From IMG/VR virus record IMGVR_UViG_3300028559_000033, positions 4,613 through 68,612 of that record: a stretch of 64,000 nt of DNA; one strand, 5' to 3'. The position numbers and the translations under genes were made by a program. Shown piece after piece: positions 56,114 through 64,000 of this stretch (the first letter of the stretch is position 1; each line of letters starts with the position of its first letter). Below the pieces are notes generated by a model. That model was not told where the DNA came from and did no database searches. It saw only the letters and a list, made by a program, of their open reading frames with translations. This DNA is from a virus.

Positions 56114-56455
56114 TTAGTCTAAGGTTATCAATTTAGCAAGTTCTGTTATAGTCTTCTCAAGAGATTTAAATAAATCTTCAGTATTATCTTCTTCAATAAT
56201 TCCAAGAATTTTAGCTTGTTTAATAATCAACTCCTTCACTTCTTTAGCTTCCTCGTCATCAGATAGTGTGAGCCTAAAGAAGAACAATTTCTGCTTCTCT
56301 AAAAATTCTTTCATTAAATTTATATATGCTACTCTAGTTTCTTTTGTCTCCATCGGAGACGTGAACATCTTCACTAACAATTCTTCCTGCATATCCGCCA
56401 ATTCTACCATTGCAGCCGCGACTACTTCAGAGTCAAAAAACTTATTCACAAACAA
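56114..56455 (-). CDS. DUF1825-like cyanophage protein
   Basis: FFDSEVV...EKQK.F.FRL.LSDD.EA motif, between gp59 and gp32. Confidence 0.75.
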   Translation of the reverse strand: MFVNKFFDSEVVAAAMVELADMQEELLVKMFTSPMETKETRVAYINLMKEFLEKQKLFFFRLTLSDDEEAKEVKELIIKQAKILGIIEEDNTEDLFKSLEKTITELAKLITLD

Positions 56456-57035
56456 TTTCCCTCATAATTTCTAGGTATATATCTCTATTTATACTCAAAA
56501 ATGGAGAGTATTTTTTAACTTTTAGACTTACTATCTCCCAAATTGGGTCAGTTAATATTTTATCATAGGAACTCACAAAATTTAATAGCTTATCAATAAT
56601 AACTAAAGTTTCAAGTGATATTGCAGAGGAAATATATTTTCTGAGCAATGGAGAATGTTGGCCAGGTTCGCATTTCATAAATTCGTTTAGATTTCTATGA
56701 GAGATAAAAACCTCTAATTCAGTTTTAAACAAATAGGATAAACTCTGAATATTCCTTTTCCATTTTAAATATGTTTCCTCACCTTCCCGAATCAAGTCTG
56801 GAATATAAACACCCCTCGCATTTTGCGAATATGCAAAATTTGATACAAAGAAATCCTTTATTTCCTGTTCATTTTTCTGTCGGGAGAGCTTCTCGAAAAA
56901 ATATCTGTCTTTTCTGACATTATAGGATTTGATAGATGCCCGAGTTTTCCAATTATATTTAAAAATATCATAACTGGGTTTAGTAAAGTGCTGCTTCACA
57001 CATAAAAAGGCACAAAAAACCTCAAATGGAGTCAT
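56442..57035 (-). CDS. gp59: Helicase loader gp59
   Basis: K.HFT...YD.FKY, RKDRYFFEKLSR, ISLETLVI, KY.PFL. Confidence 0.92.
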   Translation of the reverse strand: MTPFEVFCAFLCVKQHFTKPSYDIFKYNWKTRASIKSYNVRKDRYFFEKLSRQKNEQEIKDFFVSNFAYSQNARGVYIPDLIREGEETYLKWKRNIQSLSYLFKTELEVFISHRNLNEFMKCEPGQHSPLLRKYISSAISLETLVIIDKLLNFVSSYDKILTDPIWEIVSLKVKKYSPFLSINRDIYLEIMREIVCE

Positions 57036-57301
57036 AGAACAGATTTTGTCTTTGTCTTTGTAGTTTTCTTCAGATAGTTCAGTTTATCAGCATTAAACTT
57101 GATTCGTTCTTTGAGTGGTTTAGAGATTAACTTTGGAACTGTCTCCAATTCAATACTATTATCATCACAATAAGCGATGATAGCTTCAATATAATCACAA
57201 TGATTATCTCTCACATAAGTTTCAATATCTAAAGAAAATTTTTCTGAGGATAAGAATTTAGATTCAAGTACATTTTCTATCGCCGTGGTAGTATCAGTCA
57301 T
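57032..57301 (-). CDS. gp33: Late promoter transcription accessory protein gp33
   Basis: YIEAI..YC..N.IE.ETVPKLISKPLKE.I...A..LNYLK. Confidence 0.92.
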   Translation of the reverse strand: MTDTTTAIENVLESKFLSSEKFSLDIETYVRDNHCDYIEAIIAYCDDNSIELETVPKLISKPLKERIKFNADKLNYLKKTTKTKTKSVL

Positions 57302-57962
57302 TTACATTTTCATTCACGTAGGTTTTGATATATTTTACCAGAAGCTTAATGTATTTTGCAAGGTCTTTTTCCTCGTAAATAATCAATTCTCCATTTTCAC
57401 AAGACATAATGATGACCAATCTCTTAACCTCTATTCCCGTCATTTCCTTCAACATAAAGGCATAAGCACAACACTGAACAAAATAATGCTCTAACCAAGC
57501 TCTAGGCTTGGGTTTCACCGAAGTTTTATAATCGATGATTGCTAAATCTCCATCATATTCTGCAACCAAATCACAAGTTCCAGCGATACCGAGATAATCG
57601 CTATACATTGTTAACTCAATGCCGAGTATTCTTCCAATTCGGTCTAGAGCTGGCTTATTGAGTTTAAATAATTTAAGTGCTAGTTCTGTCGTTTCTGGAA
57701 ATTCTATTCCTTGAAGATAACACTCATTTAATGTGTGTAAATTTGTACCTCTTGTAGTAGAGGCTTTGATAACTCTATCCGCCTCCACATTTCCAACTTT
57801 CTTTCTCCAGTTTACAAAAATATCACGATTGAAAAAACTTGTGACCGTAGTGACGGAAATATAAGTTTTATTCTCATCATCAGGTTTGAAGTATAATCTT
57901 TTCTCTCCAATATGCTTTCTCTCAAGCTTAGGTAACTCTAATGGACAATAATCAAATTTCAT
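57294..57962 (-). CDS. PD-(D/E)XK exonuclease
   Basis: SVTTV, RGT..H, IE..., AGTCDLVAEYDG.LAIIDYKTS, YFVQ..AY. Confidence 0.88.
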   Translation of the reverse strand: MKFDYCPLELPKLERKHIGEKRLYFKPDDENKTYISVTTVTSFFNRDIFVNWRKKVGNVEADRVIKASTTRGTNLHTLNECYLQGIEFPETTELALKLFKLNKPALDRIGRILGIELTMYSDYLGIAGTCDLVAEYDGDLAIIDYKTSVKPKPRAWLEHYFVQCCAYAFMLKEMTGIEVKRLVIIMSCENGELIIYEEKDLAKYIKLLVKYIKTYVNENVND

Positions 57963-58685
57963 AATTTTAATCTTCCTTTAGTATATCCACACCGTATCTA
58001 TTCGCCAACGACAATTAGGTTTTCTATAATACCATTATTGACCCAAATTCTCTTAGGGCGAAGTTTTGCTTTTTGACTTAGTTTTGTAATAGTTTCAGGT
58101 GAATGTTTTTTCCCATACATTGGATTATTTTTTCCACTAACATTGTGGTGGTTTCTACTTATCCGTTTTCTAGTCTCATAACTAAGTTTTTTCCCCAAAT
58201 GTTTAGCTCTTATTTTTTCTTTAGTCTCATCCAACATACTTCTACCAATTAACCAAGGTTTGGGCTTCCCCCTAACTGCCTCACTCATTCGCTTCTTTGT
58301 TTCATCACTATGTAATTTACCGTACATTCCAGTTCTACGTTCCTTATGTAATTGTTTGGAACGTATAGAACATTTTTGTCGGTATTCCTTAGTTCTTTCC
58401 CACCCAAAAACCATATCTCCACCATCAGTTAAATTGTATCCATGTGGAACTTTACTATTATATTTTTTAATATAATACTGTTCCAACTCATACGCCTTTT
58501 CTATAGCATTAACATCTTCAATTAAATTAATATGAAAATTGCCCATACCATATTTTTTAATTGCTTTAGTTAAAAGAAATCCCCCTATAAGTATGTTGGC
58601 AAAATCTCTTGACAATATCAAATTTTGTCATCCCAACATAATGTTTTCTATTATTCAAATTAGTAATTAAGTAAATATTGTACAC
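57959..58685 (-). pseudogene. Degenerate GIY-YIG (Seg-like) homing endonuclease with NUMOD3-like repeats
   Basis: GTG start at 58685 gives MYNIYLITNLNNRKHYVGMT..KRF..H; frameshift in the G5 run at 58581-58585; in-frame TAG at 57998-58000 followed by IRCGYTKGRLKL* ending in an ATGA overlap with the next gene. Confidence 0.8.
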
Positions 58686-58686
58686 G

Positions 58687-59448
58687 TTAAAGATTTAAAG
58701 TTTCTTTAGCAATTAGGAATTCTTTAACTAGCCCAGACCTTACTATGTCATCAATACCGAACTCAATAATATCAAAAGAAGGCATAATTTGCAAAATTCT
58801 CATAAAGTCCACCGTACCCATTCTTTCGGTAACATTAGTTAAATCAGATTGAGCTGCATCTCCTGCAAATACAATCCTACAATTTTCACCTACTCTGGTG
58901 ATGATGGAACATAATTCGTGAAAATTTAGGTTGGAGAATTCTTCAACAATTATCACACAATTATCAAAAGTTAATCCACGTAAAAATGATGTATTATAAA
59001 ATTTAATTGACTTCTGATTTTTAAGATTATCATAAAGCATATCAAAGTCTGCATCATTTGAGAGCTTAAACATATACTTAACCATATTGCGATATGGTGT
59101 TTCAAAATATCCACTCTTTTCATCCGAACGGCCAGGCATAAAGCCAATTGAACGAGTTTGAACCAATGAACGAATAATGTATATCGTATCCTTCTCACTA
59201 AACTCATCAAATATTTCTTTTATAGCGTTGTATAGTGCTATAAAAGTTTTACCCGTTCCTGGTGTTCCATGTGCGACAAGATGTTTTCCTTTGGAATAAC
59301 TATCAAAGAATCTTCTCTGGTTTTCCGTCATTGGGTCTATATCTAACAAAAAGTCTTTACCAATTGCTGGTTTTCTTTTTGCAGATTTTGTAACTAAAGT
59401 ATTCGTACCATATGGTACTTGAGAACTAGAAGATTTTCTACGAGCCAT
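58687..59448 (-). CDS. phoH: PhoH-family ATPase
   Basis: GTPGTGKT Walker A, IGFMPG, TSFLRGLTFD, GDAAQSDL, DIVRSGLVK. Confidence 0.95.
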   Translation of the reverse strand: MARRKSSSSQVPYGTNTLVTKSAKRKPAIGKDFLLDIDPMTENQRRFFDSYSKGKHLVAHGTPGTGKTFIALYNAIKEIFDEFSEKDTIYIIRSLVQTRSIGFMPGRSDEKSGYFETPYRNMVKYMFKLSNDADFDMLYDNLKNQKSIKFYNTSFLRGLTFDNCVIIVEEFSNLNFHELCSIITRVGENCRIVFAGDAAQSDLTNVTERMGTVDFMRILQIMPSFDIIEFGIDDIVRSGLVKEFLIAKETLNL

Positions 59449-59454
59449 ATGAGT

Positions 59455-59703
59455 TTAGAGTGGTTTTACGATTGAGCCTGGAACAGTTCCAGCTTTCTTT
59501 AGGACCTCATTCCAGGAAGGATGATTGGAGGATAGCTTATCCTGCCAAAATCCTGCTTCTCCTGGGCTTGCGCAGCCTTGGCTCCAATCTCTATCCCAAC
59601 CATTCTTGAAATTTTCCGATTTCCATTTCTCCCAATCTGAAATGGTCATCTCCAATTCCTGAGTTTCTCCTGTCGCTTTATTGATAACTGGGTATATCGG
59701 CAA
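59455..59703 (-). CDS. Conserved cyanophage hypothetical protein
   Basis: MP.YPVINK.TGE..EL.M, WNEVL.K...PGS; upstream of phoH. Confidence 0.75.
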   Translation of the reverse strand: MPIYPVINKATGETQELEMTISDWEKWKSENFKNGWDRDWSQGCASPGEAGFWQDKLSSNHPSWNEVLKKAGTVPGSIVKPL

Positions 59704-59733
59704 AATCTTATCTCCTAATTTGTAATATGGTAT

Positions 59734-59985
59734 TCAGTCAAACCAACTTCCTTTTAAGGTTTTATAAGATTGTCTTAAAGTTTTATGTAGTTGTTTGACC
59801 TGTGTGTAAGCTTCCTCCGTAGTCATTTTTCCATTACTTGCAAGTGCGGAAATATATCCTACGTGAGTTGCAAAAATAGAAAGATTATTTTGAGATGCGA
59901 TATCTAAAAAGTCACCATTTCCACTCGGAACACTAAAAATGAATTTTTCAATTTCATTTTTTTTATTTAGTTCAGAATCATCCAT
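59734..59985 (-). CDS. Hypothetical protein
   Basis: QNNL..FA..V.YISAL..NGK.T.EEAY..K.L motif resembling small cyanobacterial hypotheticals. Confidence 0.7.
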   Translation of the reverse strand: MDDSELNKKNEIEKFIFSVPSGNGDFLDIASQNNLSIFATHVGYISALASNGKMTTEEAYTQVKQLHKTLRQSYKTLKGSWFD

Positions 59986-59991
59986 AATATT

Positions 59992-60744
59992 TCAAGGAGA
60001 TAATTTAGCTCTATGTAATCTCTTCGTTGCATAATACTCCCAAACATTCGGAGCCCAACGTTGAATATGAGGAGTAATTGCCTCAACTAAGGCTTGAATC
60101 TCCAATTGTGCGTCTAATTTAGCACGAAGGTCCATAAAGTGAAGAACAGAACGAAGATTAAAAGAGACTACAAAATTTTGACGAATTGCTTGAGGTAGAT
60201 AATCTCTAGCGTGTTCCTCTGCTACTCCGTTCTTACGAAGAATGTCATAGCGCACACAAGCCTCGTAGATGTGTTCTAGTTCTCTTTTATAGTCTTCCTC
60301 TGTCCAATCGTACTTAGCACCCTTACGGTTGACGTAGAAGCCTGGTGGGCGCACATAAAATACATCCTCGGGAGTAAGTTCTCCTGTAACTACTCTTTGA
60401 ACTCTTCTGCCCGTATATCGTTGACTTTGAACATCGAAACTAACTGAAATGCGATGAGTTCTTGCTTGAACCATTACATTATGAACAAATCCAGAAGTAG
60501 ATATAGTAAGTCCTGGATGTTCTAGGGGTCCCCAATGATGGCGGTCATTGGCCAACAGATTATCAACTATCCATTTACCACATTCACTAGGAGATGGAGG
60601 CTGAACCTCGTGAATTGGAATCTCTGAGTAATCACCTTTCGCTGCCTGCCAAACTACTTGTTCTGGAATCGGATAACACTGTAGTAATACTACCTGAAGT
60701 CTTGGGTCTAATTGCAATAATTCTGATGCTGTGGTGGGTCTCAT
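59992..60744 (-). CDS. thyX: Flavin-dependent thymidylate synthase
   Basis: HWGPLEH, RTHRISVSFDVQSQRY ThyX motif, EHARDYLP, NLRS..HF.DLR...AQ.EI. Confidence 0.95.
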   Translation of the reverse strand: MRPTTASELLQLDPRLQVVLLQCYPIPEQVVWQAAKGDYSEIPIHEVQPPSPSECGKWIVDNLLANDRHHWGPLEHPGLTISTSGFVHNVMVQARTHRISVSFDVQSQRYTGRRVQRVVTGELTPEDVFYVRPPGFYVNRKGAKYDWTEEDYKRELEHIYEACVRYDILRKNGVAEEHARDYLPQAIRQNFVVSFNLRSVLHFMDLRAKLDAQLEIQALVEAITPHIQRWAPNVWEYYATKRLHRAKLSP

Positions 60745-60911
60745 TTTTTTCCAAATCCTCTATATTGTGTGGCTTCAATTTGTGAAATATGTGATTTCAA
60801 AATTCTAATTTGAGAATTCATTTCATCAATCTTCTCTTCGGCAAATAAGTGTTGGTTCTTCATTAGTCTATTCATTAACTTCAATAGCTTCTTCGCTCTA
60901 GTCGTTATCAT
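60741..60911 (-). CDS. Small hypothetical protein (56 aa)
   Basis: Read by hand: MITTRAKKLLKLMNRLMKNQHLF...RGFGKK*; ATGA-coupled on both sides. Confidence 0.7.
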   Translation of the reverse strand: MITTRAKKLLKLMNRLMKNQHLFAEEKIDEMNSQIRILKSHISQIEATQYRGFGKK

Positions 60912-61087
60912 TCCTCATCCTCAAATACTTCATCATAATCCGTCAGTTCTCTCGGAACAAGTTGTATAGGTACGATTGATTCCTCTAGTTCAATGCGCTC
61001 AATTGCTAATTCAATCTGTAATTTGAGTTCGTGTACAGTTTGTTCAGCAACTCTAACAAGATTAAGAATGGTTTCTCTATTTTTCAT
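60908..61087 (-). CDS. Small hypothetical protein (59 aa)
   Basis: Read by hand: MKNRETILNLVRVAEQTV...DYDEVFEDEE*. Confidence 0.7.
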   Translation of the reverse strand: MKNRETILNLVRVAEQTVHELKLQIELAIERIELEESIVPIQLVPRELTDYDEVFEDEE

Positions 61088-61108
61088 ACCTTTAGCTCAT
61101 CAATCTTA

Positions 61109-61137
61109 AGTATAGAATGAACCTAATCATAAGTCAA
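61109..61137 (-). promoter_or_regulatory. sigma70-like promoter for the thyX/phoH operon
   Basis: TTGACT-17 nt-TATACT. Confidence 0.75.
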
Positions 61138-61141
61138 CATT

Positions 61142-61163
61142 AAAAAAGGACCTTCTCGGTCCT
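61142..61163 (-). terminator. Intrinsic terminator
   Basis: AGGACC-GAGAA-GGTCCT followed by TTTTT. Confidence 0.75.
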
Positions 61164-61168
61164 CATTA

Positions 61169-61420
61169 TTATCTTCTTTTTTTATTTGCTAGTTTTGGAA
61201 TATAATTAAATGTCTTGGGAGAAATATTCCCACTTGTCCAATCTATTCCATTCACATTCTTATACTTATCATAATAATGGTCAAAAACCTCAACTAGAAA
61301 TCCCTGAACAATATCATACTTCAACTCATCATCTATTTTATAAGAGACCAAATAACTATCACTAGGTAATTCCTTACTTTCTGCAGCTATGGGGTCGCAA
61401 TCACAAGTCAACACAATCAC
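61169..61420 (-). CDS. Hypothetical protein
   Basis: DCDP.....LP.DSYLV.Y...YDIV...FD.YYD motif. Confidence 0.75.
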   Translation of the reverse strand: MIVLTCDCDPIAAESKELPSDSYLVSYKIDDELKYDIVQGFLVEVFDHYYDKYKNVNGIDWTSGNISPKTFNYIPKLANKKRR

Positions 61421-62109
61421 CTATTCACCTCCCAAACAATATCTGGATATGCTTCTGAAACTAATTCTTTCGTAATATGATACTTATCCGTAAGCCTCTT
61501 ATCTTTAACCAGGCACATAATTTCAGCATCCAGTGGATGAATTCCCTGAAGCATTTCAATAAACATACTTTCTCTTCTGAGTGAAGTTATATTTGAATTT
61601 CCAGGAACACCAGAAGAAGACATCACAAAATTAATAAACTTTTCATACTCCTTTCTTAAAGTACTATGCCCAGTTCGGATTTTTTCAGTATAGCCCACGG
61701 AATTATTATCATAAAATTCCATCTTCTCAACTTCTTTCTGAATCGTTTGAGAAACTGTTCCAGTTTTTACCATATCCTCACCCACAGTAGAATATGGAAC
61801 CTCACCTGAAGGAAGCATAGAAAGTACATTATTATCAAAATTCCAAATAAAGATGGTCTTCAGTGAATCGTGCTCATTTTCCTTCAGAATTTTAATCTTA
61901 GTTTCAGAATCTGGAACGCGATTTATGAGTTGTAAAATCTCAAAAACAAAAGGATTTCTTGGAAGACTCAAATCAATCGGCTCAGAAGAAGCGACCTGAA
62001 CAACTTTTGGTTTAGTTGCTGTAGTTCTTGTGGGAACTTTAGTTGTTCTCGGTTTAGTAGTTCTTTTAGCTGGTGTTGCTTTAACAATAGTATCTGTTGA
62101 ATTTGTCAT
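61417..62109 (-). CDS. Conserved T4-like hypothetical protein (DUF6433-like)
   Basis: WNFD.....LP.GEVPY, RRESMFI.ML.G.HP..AE...LVKDK.L. Confidence 0.75.
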   Translation of the reverse strand: MTNSTDTIVKATPAKRTTKPRTTKVPTRTTATKPKVVQVASSEPIDLSLPRNPFVFEILQLINRVPDSETKIKILKENEHDSLKTIFIWNFDNNVLSMLPSGEVPYSTVGEDMVKTGTVSQTIQKEVEKMEFYDNNSVGYTEKIRTGHSTLRKEYEKFINFVMSSSGVPGNSNITSLRRESMFIEMLQGIHPLDAEIMCLVKDKRLTDKYHITKELVSEAYPDIVWEVNR

Positions 62110-62143
62110 ATCAAAATAAAAGTTTTATATATGTAGGCAATTA

Positions 62144-62425
62144 TCATTCATTAACTGGTGTTCCATCTTCATCGGAATCATCATCTTCAAATAAAGATTT
62201 ATACTCATCATTAAAATCTTCATACATTCCAGGATGAATTGTAAGTGCAAGAACTTCATCTGGAACAAGGTCTCCATTACTATCAAAAAATTCTGGATGC
62301 AATGGTTTAGCTTTGGGTATCATCATATTGTCTAAATATGATTTAATTGTCCATCCTAAACTCACTCCCACAAGTAAAAATAATATCATCAATATACTAA
62401 AGATTGTAAGTGCTATTGCTATCAT
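62144..62425 (-). CDS. Hypothetical membrane protein
   Basis: N-terminal hydrophobic helix, HPEFFD.NG motif, acidic tail. Confidence 0.7.
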   Translation of the reverse strand: MIAIALTIFSILMILFLLVGVSLGWTIKSYLDNMMIPKAKPLHPEFFDSNGDLVPDEVLALTIHPGMYEDFNDEYKSLFEDDDSDEDGTPVNE

Positions 62426-62426
62426 T

Positions 62427-62591
62427 TTATCTCCTTGCTGTGGGGAAAATACTTAAACTTAGCTTAAGATTAAATTCTTTTCGGAATAATTTCAATGTTT
62501 TATCAAAATTATATGAAAATAATTTTGGATTAACTCTATTCGGAGAATGTAGTAAAACCTCGGTTCCGAGATTACGAGTATTCTCATTCAT
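62427..62591 (-). CDS. Small hypothetical protein (54 aa)
   Basis: Read by hand: MNENTRNLGTEVLLHSPNRVNPKLFSYNFDKTLKLFRKEFNLKLSLSIFPTARR*. Confidence 0.55.
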   Translation of the reverse strand: MNENTRNLGTEVLLHSPNRVNPKLFSYNFDKTLKLFRKEFNLKLSLSIFPTARR

Positions 62592-62602
62592 ATTTAGGTT
62601 GC

Positions 62603-62851
62603 TCAAATTAAGTTATGTTGTTGTAGATACTTAATCGTATCTACACAACCCCCAATATTTTTATCATTAACCACTACTTGTGGGAAAGTACTACCTTTCC
62701 CAAATTTGGAAATAAATTCTTCCCGAGTAAAATTTGTTTCTAATTCTTCAATTATCACAGGAAATCCCTTCGTAATTGAAAGTTGTTCTAGTACTTGTTT
62801 AACTTTTTCACACCAGGGGCACAATCGTTTGCTATAAATTTTAAAGTTCAT
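62603..62851 (-). CDS. nrdC: Glutaredoxin
   Basis: CPWC active site, TFPQV, IGGC.D. Confidence 0.92.
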   Translation of the reverse strand: MNFKIYSKRLCPWCEKVKQVLEQLSITKGFPVIIEELETNFTREEFISKFGKGSTFPQVVVNDKNIGGCVDTIKYLQQHNLI

Positions 62852-63213
62852 TATATTTTTCTAGGTCTATAGACTACCAATTCATCATCAGCAATGAATT
62901 TTTGCCATTCTATAATAGCGGATAGTCGTTCAGTTGTAAAGAAATCTTGTTGAAGATACCATTCTGACCAATAAGTGTGTCCTTTGTCTAGATTACAACT
63001 CTCACACGCACATATCAGGTTCGTAACTCTATCAGTTCCACCTTTAACTTTAGGTGTGATGTGGTCTAGAGTCAAATTTATATCACTTCCACAATACGCA
63101 CACTTATTGCCCCAATGGTCTTTGATTAACTGTTTCCATAATTTCGTTGCTTGAGATGAAGATGTTGCATACAAATTAAAGAGATAGTCTTGAGGGCAAT
63201 CGTAGAGTTTCAT
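62851..63213 (-). CDS. HNH endonuclease
   Basis: CAYCG....LTLDHI.P..KGG.D...NLI.AC..CN..K. Confidence 0.92.
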   Translation of the reverse strand: MKLYDCPQDYLFNLYATSSSQATKLWKQLIKDHWGNKCAYCGSDINLTLDHITPKVKGGTDRVTNLICACESCNLDKGHTYWSEWYLQQDFFTTERLSAIIEWQKFIADDELVVYRPRKI

Positions 63214-63249
63214 AGTATGAAACGAACTACATCTATTTATTTGAATATC

Positions 63250-63519
63250 TTATCCAAATGTTGGTGTAAGTTGAACCCATTGTACTGAATCTCCATCATT
63301 TACATAGCGATACGTGATTAATTTTGATGTACTGGTATCTGTCCACTCATCTCCAGCTAGAGGGTTTGATGGTTTTATATTAGAATAAGTATGCGTATAA
63401 CCAATAGGACTAGAAGCTATAGACTCAGGAATTATTTCCCATTTGTTTGTTGTAATACTCCACTTCCATCTTGGAGATGAATTTGGGTCTTCTGGCCAAA
63501 ATTGCTCAGAAACACTCAT
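63250..63519 (-). CDS. Small virion-associated hypothetical protein
   Basis: Trp-rich; PSNP..GD.W.D...Y.ND...QWV pattern seen in fibre-associated proteins. Confidence 0.65.
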   Translation of the reverse strand: MSVSEQFWPEDPNSSPRWKWSITTNKWEIIPESIASSPIGYTHTYSNIKPSNPLAGDEWTDTSTSKLITYRYVNDGDSVQWVQLTPTFG

Positions 63520-63999
63520 TTATAGTCCATCCTCTATCCAAAGTACAGTGTCTGGTGTGGAAGTATCCCACCAAATATATTTAGTAGCCCCATTCAGTTG
63601 AACTGGTGATGGCTCAGTATGCCCAATAAACACTGGAGATGAGGAAGTCACAATATTATCAATTTTAAGTTTATCCGTATTAGAAAGTAATCCACTTTGA
63701 GTCGTAGAAGCTATAGACGTAAGAGGTTGATAAGTTCCTAAACCAGTAATAGTAGAGGTTGGTTGAGTTCCAGTATGATTAGTTCGGTTTAGATAGAAGC
63801 TTGAAGCACTTAGTCCAATACCAGTTAGATTAGTACTAAGAGGTTGATAAGTTGTAGAGGCTATAGAAATACTTAAGTAAGTACTCAAACCAGTAATAGT
63901 AGAGGTTGGTTGAGTTCCAGTATGATTAGTTCTAGACAAATAGAAGCTTGAAGCACTTAGTCCAATACCAGTTAGATTAGTACTAAGAGGTTGATAAGT
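63520..63999 (-). CDS. Repeat-containing fibre-like protein, C-terminal part (continues beyond window)
   Basis: Frame is open to the window edge; RTNHTGTQPTSTITGL repeats and GLLS.TDK.K.D motif. Confidence 0.75.
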   Translation of the reverse strand, partial: TYQPLSTNLTGIGLSASSFYLSRTNHTGTQPTSTITGLSTYLSISIASTTYQPLSTNLTGIGLSASSFYLNRTNHTGTQPTSTITGLGTYQPLTSIASTTQSGLLSNTDKLKIDNIVTSSSPVFIGHTEPSPVQLNGATKYIWWDTSTPDTVLWIEDGL

Positions 64000-64000
64000 T
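63741..64000 (-). repeat. 147-nt (49-aa) near-identical coding direct repeat
   Basis: AACCAGTAATAGTAGAGGTTGGTTGAGTTCCAGTATGATTAGTTC... starts at both 63741 and 63888. Confidence 0.85.

Noticed and set aside
57294-57962. Cas4 or CRISPR-associated role for the PD-(D/E)XK nuclease
   Set aside because: No CRISPR array or cas genes are present, and no Cas4-type four-Cys cluster is evident; it sits at the usual T4-like position beside gp33.
57998-58621. Intact 207-aa endonuclease as listed in the ORF track
   Set aside because: It lacks the GIY-YIG motif, which lies upstream in another frame; treated as a pseudogene.

Overview
This is a 64 kb AT-rich segment of a T4-like cyanobacterial myovirus, most likely freshwater (Kyanoviridae-like). 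The call rests on gp2/4/5/26/32/33/48/51/53/54/59 homologues, cp12, phoH, thyX and glutaredoxin. Almost everything is on the minus strand. Layout: (1) 1-2.3 kb, the 3' end of an HNH endonuclease and a 10-gene tRNA operon whose first gene, tRNA-Lys(UUU), is split by a 240-nt group I intron and preceded by an rRNA-type boxA. (2) 2.4-8 kb, small hypothetical genes, putative internal head proteins and a candidate sRNA. (3) 8-41 kb, giant tail-fibre/structural genes enclosing an 11 kb cassette in which three paralogous kelch-like beta-propeller proteins (18, 12 and 12 blades) alternate with two glycosyltransferases, a sulfotransferase and a prolyl-hydroxylase-type 2OG-Fe(II) oxygenase. This cassette is the best candidate for an undescribed virion-decoration system. 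(4) 41-55 kb, baseplate module with cp12, two peptidoglycan hydrolases and a split gp53. (5) 55-64 kb, replication, transcription and nucleotide-metabolism genes and a decayed GIY-YIG homing endonuclease. All calls come from reading motifs by eye; no database searches were run.
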